DNA of 32,391 bases from an uncultured Clostridia bacterium (GCA_944391155.1 CALXSO010000116.1:1-32391); one strand, 5' to 3'; counted from the first letter of the stretch, positions 17,564 to 26,748 are shown. Translations and numbers: made by a program. The notes: generated from the letters alone by a model not told the origin.

Positions 17564-18211
17564 ATGAATCAAATCTTACAAATAATTCCAGATAATGAAA
17601 AAAATACTAAAAATGATATCAAAAAAAAGAAAAAAAATTTTATTTCTATCTTCATTTCATGCAGTATTCTTTTTTTTATAACAATTTTTTCTTATATACA
17701 CAATATTTTAAATATAAATAAAAATGAGAATTTCTCTGAAAAGTTGAATAACAACTATAATATTTTAAAACTATATTCCTCAAAAGATCCTTTTGATATT
17801 CCAATTGGAAATTCTGAAAATAAAATAATAGGTAACATAGATATTCCTATTTTAAATTTATCATACCCTTTCTTTTCGAGTTTAGACAATGAATCTCTAA
17901 GTATTTTTCCATGTAGATTTCATGGCAATCTACCTCCTGAAAACAGTAATTTATGTATTGCTGGACATAATTATGATAATGGAAAATTTTTTAGCAATTT
18001 ACATCTTATAAATATAGATGACACAATTAATATAGAAATTAATAATATTATATATCAATATTCTGTTTATAAAATATATGAAGTTAGTGAACTTGATCTT
18101 TCACCAATTTATACTTATGAAAAAAATAAAAAGCTACTCACTTTAGTAACTTGCAACAATATAAATAAAAAAAGATTGATTGTTAAAGCTTCCTATTCCA
18201 AAACTTTATAA
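17564..18211 (+). CDS. Sortase-family transpeptidase with an N-terminal membrane anchor
   Basis: ORF 17555..18211. The ATG at 17564 lies 5 nt after AGGTGA. TM helix is FISIFISCSILFFITIFSYI. Catalytic His context is LCIAGHNY and the Cys motif is LLTLVTC. Confidence 0.75.
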   Translation: MNQILQIIPDNEKNTKNDIKKKKKNFISIFISCSILFFITIFSYIHNILNINKNENFSEKLNNNYNILKLYSSKDPFDIPIGNSENKIIGNIDIPILNLSYPFFSSLDNESLSIFPCRFHGNLPPENSNLCIAGHNYDNGKFFSNLHLINIDDTINIEINNIIYQYSVYKIYEVSELDLSPIYTYEKNKKLLTLVTCNNINKKRLIVKASYSKTL

Positions 18212-18258
18212 CAATCAATTCTCTTAAAATAAAATTAAAATTTTTTAGCTTTCTATTT

Positions 18259-18419
18259 GTTACTATTCAGTATTGCATAAAAGTAATCAGTATTAAAGAT
18301 TGATATATAAGTATTTTTTTGTCAAAGACCAATAGGTAGACCTAAAGCTTGTTTTTGACAAAAAAGACTTATATATCAACATTTCAAAGTATTCTGCAAA
18401 ATGATGTCTGACTAGTAAC
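18259..18419. mobile_element. Intact hairpin MITE (copy c) with a perfect 8-bp TSD
   Basis: GTTACTATTCAG...AAAGATTGATATATAAGTATTTTTTTGTCAAAGAC...GTTTTTGACAAAAAAGACTTATATATCAACATTT...CTGACTAGTAAC. It is flanked by TTCTATTT at 18251-18258 and again at 18420-18427. It lies between convergent genes. Confidence 0.75.
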
Positions 18420-18503
18420 TTCTATTTAATATAGCAATGTGAAAATATAAAATACAGCTACCCTATTTTTGTAAGGCTTATTTTATTTTTTATAAAGAAC
18501 TAT

Positions 18504-18842
18504 TTAAAATTCTTTCCACATCCATTCTAAACTATTATCTACTCCTTGTTTTCCTCTCTTTTTTACCTCAACATCATCTACCCATAAATATGCAAAAAGA
18601 GTTATCGCAATAAATATAAAATCAACTGCCACACAACGCATTAGCATACCTCGTATTTCAGTAAATTCTTGTGATAATGATAAAAATTGAACTATATGCA
18701 CTACTATTAATATCAGATAAAAAAATAAAGGTAAAGCAACTATAAAGCTCTTTTTCAATTGTTGTGATAAAAAAATTAATAATAATGTTATCATTAACAT
18801 TAATAATAATGTAATCCAATTTGATATATCAAATATAAACAT
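18504..18842 (-). CDS. Small integral membrane protein (about 3 TM helices), unknown function
   Basis: 112 aa. A strong RBS, GAGGGGG, precedes the ATG at 18842. Hydrophobic helices run throughout. Confidence 0.55.
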   Translation of the reverse strand: MFIFDISNWITLLLMLMITLLLIFLSQQLKKSFIVALPLFFYLILIVVHIVQFLSLSQEFTEIRGMLMRCVAVDFIFIAITLFAYLWVDDVEVKKRGKQGVDNSLEWMWKEF

Positions 18843-19012
18843 TATTTTTCCCCCTCTTTTGTATAATTAAATAAAGTATAACATTAACATTTCTTTTTGA
18901 CAAGTTTTATTTTTAATTTTTGAAATTTAGTTTAATTCTAAACAACTGGTCAAAATAAATTGTATAGGAAAAATCGACTTTTATCTTGACCATATGTGAA
19001 TTTTTCCGTGTA

Positions 19013-19140
19013 CAACAAGAAAGGTTACCTATAAAAAGACCCGCATGAGCCTTACCTATGTAGCTTTGCTATCTTTCTTACAAAAATATTTATATACCAA
19101 AGTTTTAGAGTACTTCACAAATTCAAGTTTAAATTATAAC
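19013..19140. repeat. Internally deleted or degenerate copy of the hairpin-element family (copy e)
   Basis: The right half, ACAAAAATATTTATATACCAAAGTTTTAGAGTACTTCACAAATTCAAGTTTAAATTATAAC, aligns with the right arm of copy c. The left half, AACAAGAAAGGTTACCTATAAAAAGACCCGCATGAGCCTTACCTATGTAGCTTTGCT, recurs at 11176 and, inverted, at 21841. Confidence 0.45.
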
Positions 19141-19238
19141 AAATTTAAATTAATTCTAGATTTTATTTAAAAATAGAATTTATTCTTTTATAAATAAATT
19201 TAACATTCGACAAAAAAATACATTTTTTTAATTCTTTA

Positions 19239-19247
19239 TGATATAAT
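19239..19247 (+). promoter_or_regulatory. Extended -10 element (TGaTATAAT) upstream of the U32 gene
   Basis: TGATATAAT lies 30 nt upstream of the ATG at 19277. I see no good -35 at 17-nt spacing. Confidence 0.4.
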
Positions 19248-19276
19248 AAAACAAAAAAGAAAGGAACAAAATAATT

Positions 19277-21733
19277 ATGGTCGAATTACTTTCACCAGTT
19301 GGTGACTTCAATTGTTTAAAAGCTGCTGTTCAAAATGGAGCAGATAGTGTATATTTTGGTTCAGATACATTTAGTGCCAGAGCCTTTGCAACAAACTTTA
19401 GTCAAGACAATTTAAAAAAAGCCATTGAATATGCAAAAATAAGAGGTGTCAAAACAAATTTAACACTAAATACATTAATAAAAGATACTGAATTTAATGA
19501 AGCTTTCAATCTTGCACAAAAAGCTTATGAATTAGGTATTGATGCAATCATAGTTCAAGATTTAGGTCTAGCAATAACTCTAATAAAAAATTTTCCAGAT
19601 CTACCAATACACGCAAGTACTCAAATGACCGTCCACAATTTAAATGGTGCCTTAAAATTACAAGAACTTGGATTTAAAAGAATTGTACTAGCACGAGAAC
19701 TATCAATTAATGATATAGATTACATATGCAAAAACACCAAAGTAGAAATTGAAACATTTATTCATGGTGCATTATGCATTTCATATTCAGGTCAGTGTCT
19801 TTTTTCAAGTATGCTTGGAGGACGATCTGGAAATAGAGGAAAATGTGCCGGTCCATGCAGACTACCTTTTTCGCTATATGAAGAAGAAAAACTAATTGAT
19901 AGTGGCTATTTATTAAACACACGTGATTTATGTGGAATCGATTATATTCCTCAACTAATAGATTCTGGCGTAAAATGTTTCAAAATAGAAGGACGTATGA
20001 AAAGCCCAGAATATGTTGCCACAGTAACTAGAATATATAGAAAATACATTGACCTAGCATTATCTAAAAAAGAAGAATATACAATAAATGAAAATGACAA
20101 AAAAGACCTTCTTCAAGTATTTAATAGAGGAATGTCATCACCAGGACACTTAAGTAAAAATGGAAACCATTCATTAGTATTCAAAGAAAAACCAAACAAT
20201 ATGGGGCTATTTCTAGGAAAAATAGAAAAATACTTGCCAAAAAAAGGTTACATTACAATCAAATTAAATGAAAAAATATCAATAGGTGACACTATTTCCC
20301 TAGAAAACGAAACAACATCATACACAATATCAGAACTAATGAATACAAATTTTGAAAATATTACTCAAACACAAATTGGACAAACTGTCATAATTGGTAG
20401 GATAAAAGGTCATATAAAGTTAGGAAGTAAAATTTATAAAATGTCTTCAAAAGAACTTAATGAAACTGCACGTGAAAGTTTTTCAAAAGAATATAAAAAA
20501 ATAGGATTCAACTGTAATATAAATATAAAATTAAATAAACCAATAGAGGTTACTGTTACATCTGCTAGCAATTTAATTTTATATAAAAACTTAAAAATAA
20601 ACTACACTTCAACATTTATTCCTACTGTTGCTATAAATAAACCACTAGATAAAGAAACAGTAATTAATCAATTTAATAAAACTAACAACTATCCATTTTA
20701 CTTTAAAAACATCAAATTTGATTTGGATGACAATATATTTATACCAAAAATAAGTATTCTAAACGAAATCAGAAGAGTAATATTAGAAGAAATAGAAAAA
20801 TATGCAGAAAAAGAAATGAAGCGTACTTTTACTAAAAAATCTATAGAAAAATGTTTTAACACATCAAATATTAATAATACTTCCAATACCTACCATACTA
20901 CTAATAGTTCAAATGAAACTCCAAAGATATCAGTACTACTAAATAATTTAAACTTAAATTTTGACTATTCTAACTTAAGAAATTTTGATAATATATACAT
21001 ACCATTAAAATTCTTTTCAAACAAAAAATATGAAAACATATTAAAAACTTTAAGCAACAAATTTGCATTATATATTTATATGCCTACAATTATACAATCA
21101 AATTATAAAAATATATTCTTAGCAAATAGTGAAACAGCAATACAAAAATTTAAAATTAGAGGATTTATAATTTCAAACATATGTAACTTAAAACTCTTAG
21201 AAGAAGTTATAAATAAAAACCCTAACCTTAAAATAATTACAAACTATACATTTAATGTCTTTAACACTAATACTGTAAATGAATTAAAAAAAATGAAGGT
21301 ATTAAGATACACTATATCTCCAGAATTGGACAAACATACAATAGCCAAACTTTGTACTTCGTCAAATTTAGAAAAAGAATTAATAGCATATGGAAAAATA
21401 CCACTAATAAACATGAACTATTGTCTACTTGGTAAAACAGATAAATGTTATCCAACTTGTACCATGAAGTGTCAAAACGGTCATACATTTAAACTGAAAG
21501 ATAGATATAATATGGACTTTACAGTTGTACCAGATAATATCCAAACTGTAACAACAATCTATAATAGCAAAATAATTTCTATTCCTATAAAAAAATTCAA
21601 TATAGATGTAGCTAGAATAGATATTTTAAATGAAAAAATAGAAACAATTAACAAAATTGTTCAAAATGTAAGAAATAACAAAAAATTTGAAGGAAAAAAT
21701 TATACAAATGGAAACTTAAATAGAGAAATCTAA
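19277..21733 (+). CDS. Peptidase U32 family protein, long form with a C-terminal extension
   Basis: 818 aa. The N-terminal ELLSPVGDFNCLKAAVQNGADSVYFG and the U32 signature region ETFIHGALCISYSGQCLFSSMLGGRSGNRGKCAGPCR match the family. RBS is GAAAGGAA. Confidence 0.85.
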   Translation: MVELLSPVGDFNCLKAAVQNGADSVYFGSDTFSARAFATNFSQDNLKKAIEYAKIRGVKTNLTLNTLIKDTEFNEAFNLAQKAYELGIDAIIVQDLGLAITLIKNFPDLPIHASTQMTVHNLNGALKLQELGFKRIVLARELSINDIDYICKNTKVEIETFIHGALCISYSGQCLFSSMLGGRSGNRGKCAGPCRLPFSLYEEEKLIDSGYLLNTRDLCGIDYIPQLIDSGVKCFKIEGRMKSPEYVATVTRIYRKYIDLALSKKEEYTINENDKKDLLQVFNRGMSSPGHLSKNGNHSLVFKEKPNNMGLFLGKIEKYLPKKGYITIKLNEKISIGDTISLENETTSYTISELMNTNFENITQTQIGQTVIIGRIKGHIKLGSKIYKMSSKELNETARESFSKEYKKIGFNCNINIKLNKPIEVTVTSASNLILYKNLKINYTSTFIPTVAINKPLDKETVINQFNKTNNYPFYFKNIKFDLDDNIFIPKISILNEIRRVILEEIEKYAEKEMKRTFTKKSIEKCFNTSNINNTSNTYHTTNSSNETPKISVLLNNLNLNFDYSNLRNFDNIYIPLKFFSNKKYENILKTLSNKFALYIYMPTIIQSNYKNIFLANSETAIQKFKIRGFIISNICNLKLLEEVINKNPNLKIITNYTFNVFNTNTVNELKKMKVLRYTISPELDKHTIAKLCTSSNLEKELIAYGKIPLINMNYCLLGKTDKCYPTCTMKCQNGHTFKLKDRYNMDFTVVPDNIQTVTTIYNSKIISIPIKKFNIDVARIDILNEKIETINKIVQNVRNNKKFEGKNYTNGNLNREI

Positions 21734-21840
21734 ATTAAAATCATAACATTTACAAGTAATTAAAATTTTAAGAAACATTTTCTTAATTAAATCTTAAAAA
21801 TTTTGTTATCTTATCTGATAAAAAACACAAAATTTATTAT

Positions 21841-21914
21841 ACAAGAAATGTAACAAAGCTTACATAAGTAAAGCTCACGTGGGTCTTTTATTAGTAAACT
21901 TTCTTATTATTTTT
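21841..21914. repeat. Inverted relic of the hairpin-element core
   Basis: ACAAGAAATGTAACAAAGCTTACATAAGTAAAGCTCACGTGGGTCTTTTATTAGTAAACTTTCTTATT aligns with the reverse complement of 19013..19082. Confidence 0.45.
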
Positions 21915-21995
21915 TTATTAGTACCCTTTCTTATTACATTTTTATTGGTAAACTTTCTTATTAAATTTTTGTTGGTATCATTTCTTTGCATACAA
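21888..21995. repeat. Tandem repeat, 4 x 27 bp, derived from the end of the relic
   Basis: Units start at 21888, 21915, 21942 and 21969: TTATTAGTAAACTTTCTTATTATTTTT / TTATTAGTACCCTTTCTTATTACATTT / TTATTGGTAAACTTTCTTATTAAATTT / TTGTTGGTATCATTTCTTTGCATACAA. Confidence 0.85.
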
Positions 21996-21996
21996 G

Positions 21997-22046
21997 AAAA
22001 AAAGAGAATTATTTATCACTTATATCATTAAATATTCTCTTTTTTT
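21997..22046. terminator. Possible bidirectional terminator between the convergent U32 and RNHCP genes
   Basis: AAAAAAAGAGAAT (21997-22009) pairs with ATTCTCTTTTTTT (22034-22046). The A/T runs give U-tracts on both strands, but the loop is long at 24 nt. Confidence 0.4.
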
Positions 22047-22058
22047 CATTTCAACATA

Positions 22059-22376
22059 TCATAACTGTTTACTACTTAGTTCAATTATTAAATCCATATT
22101 ATCATCTTTGGCAGCCTTATTTTTTCTAATTTTGCCACATTTATTGCACCTATATATAATTACATATCCTTTCTTGCTATCTATCTCCAAACTAACTGGT
22201 ACTAAGTCACCATGACATTCTTCTAGTCTATCACCAGGATTAACATCTACATGTTTAGAATGTAAACAATATGGACAATGATCTCTGCAAGAATAACCAA
22301 GCTTAGGAACTTTCATACCACAATTATCACATATAAATTCTTCATCAATTTCTTTAAATTTCTTATTTTTAATCAT
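22059..22376 (-). CDS. RNHCP domain zinc-ribbon protein
   Basis: 105 aa. FICDNCGMKVP...CRDHCPYCLHSKHVD...YRCNKCGK is the Cys-rich RNHCP-type pattern. Confidence 0.7.
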   Translation of the reverse strand: MIKNKKFKEIDEEFICDNCGMKVPKLGYSCRDHCPYCLHSKHVDVNPGDRLEECHGDLVPVSLEIDSKKGYVIIYRCNKCGKIRKNKAAKDDNMDLIIELSSKQL

Positions 22377-22525
22377 TTTCTATTACCTACTACATTATTT
22401 TTTATCTTTTTATTATCTTCTATATCATTTTTAATCTTTTTTCATTACCTAATACATATTCCTATATTAACATCAAAATACATATATAAATGTAAACCAT
22501 CTAAGAATAACAACAAATATTCTTA

Positions 22526-24172
22526 CTAATTAACATCAAAAGCTCCTCCACCTAGAAATTCTTTTAAAAGAGAATTTTTAGGAACATAATCATTTGGAAC
22601 TTCCTTAAAATATTTTAACATATTAATCAATCTCTGAGCTTCTGCATATTCTGTATCCTTATTAGTAATTTCTTCTAATAAAGGCATAACCACTGGCTTT
22701 AATGCACATAACTCATATATTAAAGAAGTGTTAAATATGAAATTTGCCTCTTCCTGAAATGGAAATATATTTTTTTCTTCTCCCTCATTTACTTTATTCC
22801 ACGTAGAAATAGTATGTTTTGCATTATATCCCCTAAATTGATTATCTCTTACTATTCTTCTAATAAGCCTTGTATCTGTTGTAGAAATCCTATTAAATCT
22901 GTCTAAATTAAGCACTGTTAAAGCACTTATATAAACTTTATACTTTTGCTCAGCCGGAATTTTACTTGTTAATTTATCATTTAAACAGTGTATTCCTTCA
23001 ATTACTAAAATTTCATCTTCTTTCAACTTTGTCTTTTTTCCATTATATCTCTTTGTTCCCTGCAAAAAATCAAACTCTGGCATTACTATTTCTTCACCGT
23101 TTAATAGTTTTGTCAAATGATCATTAAACAATTCCAAATCAATTGCCTCTATACATTCAAAATCATATTCTCCATTTTTATCACGTGGTGTATCTTTTCT
23201 TTCGACAAAATAATTATCAACAGATATTGTAACAGGCTTTAATTTATTTAATCTAAGTTGTATTCCTAATCTTTGTGCAAATGTTGTTTTTCCTGAAGAA
23301 GAAGGACCTGCAATTAAAACCATCTTTATATTTTTATTTTTTGCAATATTATCAGCTATATTTGCGATTTTCTTTTCATGTAATGCCTCTGCAAGTAGAA
23401 TTACTTCTTGAATTCTATCATCTTCAATTGCATCATTTAATTTATAAACTCTATCAACATTTAATATTCTATGAATATCTTCATATTCATCAATAGCCCA
23501 AGACAATTTTTTATTTTTTATAAATTTAGCTATATGATTTGGATTTTTATGGCTTGGATATCTTATTATGAAACCATCACTATACTTACTAAGTTCAAAT
23601 CTATTAATACAACCTGTTCTATTGGCAAGTGTTCCATAACAATAATTAAAATAGTCTTCACAATAATACATATATATTTTTTCATTATTTTCCAAATCTA
23701 ATTGCAATCTACCTTTTGAAGTATCATTAATTGCAAAAAAGTCTTGTGCTTCCTTTTTTGTCATAACTACTTGTTCTATTGGCAAATTTTCTTTAACTAT
23801 TTTTTGCATTTCTTTTTGTAAATTTTCTACCATTTCTTGTGAGACTTCTTCATTATCCTGTGTATCATAAAACATTGAATTTGATAGTTGATAGTCCACA
23901 ATTAATTTTTTTTCTGGATAAAGTTTTTCAAATGCTTTTCCTAAAATATAAGTCAATGTTCTTGTGTATACTTTCATTCCCTCTTTTGATGATATATCTA
24001 TTAATTCTAATACTCCATCTTGTTCTATTACGTATTCTAAATTAACATATTCATTATTAAATGTTGCTGCAACAACAGTATATTTATTATTATCTATTAT
24101 ATCCTTAAAAACTTCCGATATTTTTGAACTTTTTTCAATTTCTATTATTTCACCTTTATATTGTATCTTCAT
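22526..24172 (-). CDS. Nucleoside (uridine/cytidine-type) kinase with an N-terminal extension
   Basis: ORF 22526..24226. The ATG at 24172 follows GGAGGA. P-loop is LIAGPSSSGKTTFAQRL and the uridine-kinase-like core is ILVIEGIH. The ~280-aa N-terminal extension begins MKIQYKGEIIEIEK. Confidence 0.7.
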   Translation of the reverse strand: MKIQYKGEIIEIEKSSKISEVFKDIIDNNKYTVVAATFNNEYVNLEYVIEQDGVLELIDISSKEGMKVYTRTLTYILGKAFEKLYPEKKLIVDYQLSNSMFYDTQDNEEVSQEMVENLQKEMQKIVKENLPIEQVVMTKKEAQDFFAINDTSKGRLQLDLENNEKIYMYYCEDYFNYCYGTLANRTGCINRFELSKYSDGFIIRYPSHKNPNHIAKFIKNKKLSWAIDEYEDIHRILNVDRVYKLNDAIEDDRIQEVILLAEALHEKKIANIADNIAKNKNIKMVLIAGPSSSGKTTFAQRLGIQLRLNKLKPVTISVDNYFVERKDTPRDKNGEYDFECIEAIDLELFNDHLTKLLNGEEIVMPEFDFLQGTKRYNGKKTKLKEDEILVIEGIHCLNDKLTSKIPAEQKYKVYISALTVLNLDRFNRISTTDTRLIRRIVRDNQFRGYNAKHTISTWNKVNEGEEKNIFPFQEEANFIFNTSLIYELCALKPVVMPLLEEITNKDTEYAEAQRLINMLKYFKEVPNDYVPKNSLLKEFLGGGAFDVN

Positions 24173-24478
24173 TTTATTCCTCCTTTTGTACTTAACAATT
24201 TTATATAAAAAAACTAAATAAGTCAAGTTAATACCCAGATTTTACCATGTATTTTGCTTTTTGATTTGCTATTTTATTGATATTTCAATCTTTCATATAC
24301 TTTCGTTTCATACAATCATATTTCTTTCTCTTATTTTGTGTACTTCTTTCTTATTCCATATATTTTTATTTCACAAATTATTAAATAAATAAAAAGATAT
24401 TAATACAAATTAAGGTATATTTTAAAAAAAAATGTATATACTTTAACTAATAATATTTATAAAGAAAGGTTGAATGTT

Positions 24479-24664
24479 ATGGAATTAAAAAGAGTTCATC
24501 AAATTTTAGATAATAAAGAAAAAAGTGATATTTACTATAATGAACGCCCTGTATGGATACAAGAGGTTTCAAGTCATGTAGCCAAAGTAGGATTTATTGA
24601 TAATTTTGAAGAAAAAGATGTATATATAGAAGATTTATATGAAAAAAATTTATTCAACAACTAA
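24479..24664 (+). CDS. sspH: Small acid-soluble spore protein, H-type
   Basis: ORF 24470..24664 with an ATG at 24479. ELKRVHQILDNKEKSDIYYNERPVWIQEV...AKVGFIDNFEEKDVYIEDLYE matches the SspH pattern (RAKEI..S......V.Y.G.PV.I..V). Confidence 0.7.
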   Translation: MELKRVHQILDNKEKSDIYYNERPVWIQEVSSHVAKVGFIDNFEEKDVYIEDLYEKNLFNN

Positions 24665-24969
24665 CCTAATCTATAAATTTCTTTATAAAATGACATTATC
24701 ATTTACAAATATCACTAACATTAATTAAAAAATAAGTATTTAAATTATTCTATAAAATTATTTATCAAATTGAATAAGAAAATAGTAAAATCAACATAGA
24801 ATTTTTTATATTTTGCTTTTCTTATTCTATCCTTAAAAATTCGTATAGAAGCAAAATAAAAATAGATTCACTTTAGAAAATAAAATCTCAGAGATTTATT
24901 TTCACTTTAAGTCTGTGTAACTTAAAGTTTCATATTGTTTCCTATACAATAATAAAAGAGATTATTTAC

Positions 24970-25443
24970 CTATATAAGTAAATAATTCTCTTTTTCTATT
25001 ATTTGAAAAATTTCTCTAATTTCATTTTTATCATTTATTGTTCTTAATAATTGTTTTTTATCTACTATAATTATATTATTTTCAAATTTTTTAAGCTCAA
25101 TCCTCCTTTTAGGATGTTTATCAAATGCATAAATTTCTCCATCATCATTTTGTATATATATCTCTTCTTCTGGTTTATTATTATACAATTGATTTTTTGA
25201 TGTATCATACAAGATTCCAAACTGTGATAAACTTTCAATACTCTTAAGATTTAATTTCTTCATAATTACTTCCAATTTATCATTCAATTCTTGAGATGAA
25301 ACACATTGTTGTATTACAAAGTTCTGCATTACCAATTTTTTTGAATAATCTGAATTATATGTATTAACATCTTTCAGAAATTTCATATCATCTTCTAATA
25401 TTTCAATATATCCATATTCATTAGTCTTTTCTCCTGAAGACAA
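24970..25443 (-). CDS. Hypothetical protein downstream of, and overlapping, the HD gene; start uncertain
   Basis: The frame opens after a TGA at about 25470. The ORF-track start is a TTG at 25443, overlapping the HD gene by 23 nt. The first ATG is at 25386. No convincing RBS, and I recognise no motif. Confidence 0.4.
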   Translation of the reverse strand: MSSGEKTNEYGYIEILEDDMKFLKDVNTYNSDYSKKLVMQNFVIQQCVSSQELNDKLEVIMKKLNLKSIESLSQFGILYDTSKNQLYNNKPEEEIYIQNDDGEIYAFDKHPKRRIELKKFENNIIIVDKKQLLRTINDKNEIREIFQIIEKENYLLI

Positions 25444-26533
25444 TAATCCGAGAATATAATGCTTTAGTCATTGTATTATTTGGTAAACAATAACTTGCTA
25501 ATTCTTTCAATCTTTCATTTTTTGTTTTGCTATATACTTCTAAAATTCCTTTTAAAAATTCTATATCATTAAACTTCATATATTCTTCTAAATCTATTTC
25601 TTCTGGTCTTTTATCTATATTACCTACCAAATAACTCTTTAATTTAAAGTCTTCACTATTTTTTAATAATTCAGTTGCAAATTCTTTAAAAATATGCTCA
25701 TATAATTTTTCATCAAATGAATAATATAGAAATTTATAATTATTATATCTACATTCTAAAAATTTTTCTATATGCCCCAACATATTTTCTGGAAATACAG
25801 GTACCAAATTATTTTTTTCTTTAATTTTTTTAATTTCAATACTATCAAATAGTTCAGTAACTATTGTTGACATATCTATGCTCTCTCTAACTGAAGCATA
25901 ATTATCTCTGGGTAAAAAATCAGCTCTATCTACGTCAAATTGACCTTCAAACAAACAATTTAATCCTAAAAAGTTCTTTCTTTCCACTTCATTCATTAAA
26001 TCTGTTAAATTAGGATATATTTTATCCAACGTAGTTTTTAATTCTTTATCTTCATTAATTATTCTCTTTCCTAATTCTTCATGGAATCCTTTTGGCCAAT
26101 TACAGACAATTTCCATAGTATGAGAAAAAGGTCCATGTCCAATATCATGCAACAAAGCTCTTATCAGTTCAGCTAATAAATATTTTTCATAATGATTTTT
26201 TTCTATTAAACATTTTATTTCTTCTTTTTTAGAAAGATTAACTAATAAATCTAAAGTTCTTTGATATGTTCCCTTACTATGGTCACCTCTTGTATGCATA
26301 AACTTACTACTTGAATAAAATTTTGTTCCCAATTGAAATATTCTATTTATTCTTTTAAATGCTTTCGTTTGTAATACTTTATCTATTTCAGAAGTATAAT
26401 AAACAATCCCCTGTTTCATATCTTCTTTGTTTTCAGCTGTCAAAATTGGGTCAAAATCTGTATACAAATACACTTCTGGCTTTTTAAATATTTTTTTAAA
26501 AAATTCTTCATAATCATTATAAGTTAATTTCAT
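25421..26533 (-). CDS. HD-domain phosphohydrolase of the SAMHD1/dGTPase-like (COG1078-type) class
   Basis: ORF 25421..26545. The ATG at 26533 follows GGAGAG. Motifs are FQLGTKF...HTRGDHSKGT, LLHDIGHGPFSH and FDVDRADFLPRDNY. Confidence 0.75.
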   Translation of the reverse strand: MKLTYNDYEEFFKKIFKKPEVYLYTDFDPILTAENKEDMKQGIVYYTSEIDKVLQTKAFKRINRIFQLGTKFYSSSKFMHTRGDHSKGTYQRTLDLLVNLSKKEEIKCLIEKNHYEKYLLAELIRALLHDIGHGPFSHTMEIVCNWPKGFHEELGKRIINEDKELKTTLDKIYPNLTDLMNEVERKNFLGLNCLFEGQFDVDRADFLPRDNYASVRESIDMSTIVTELFDSIEIKKIKEKNNLVPVFPENMLGHIEKFLECRYNNYKFLYYSFDEKLYEHIFKEFATELLKNSEDFKLKSYLVGNIDKRPEEIDLEEYMKFNDIEFLKGILEVYSKTKNERLKELASYCLPNNTMTKALYSRIIVFRRKD

Positions 26534-26748
26534 TTTTCTCTCCATAATAAAAGGTCTGAATTAAAGTATCTTTCTTTAAAAACTATATTAGTCTTTATTC
26601 TTTTTTTTATCAAAATTTTTATTAAGATAATTTTTAATACTTTACTATTCAAACCTTTATCTCTAGTTTCTCTTATTTCATTGTAATTGATGTAGCTTTG
26701 CTACCTTGTTATTACTATTTATCTAAACAACTATTTATTAATATAAAT

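Noticed and set aside
21888-21995. The 4 x 27-bp repeat as a possible CRISPR array
   Set aside because: The units are contiguous with no spacers, diverge progressively, derive from the MITE relic, and no cas genes are present. It is a simple tandem repeat.
24415-24445. Possible forespore (sigma-G/F) promoter upstream of sspH (GTATA ... TATATACT)
   Set aside because: The -10 region does not match CATnnTA at any acceptable spacing, so the sequence alone does not support the call.
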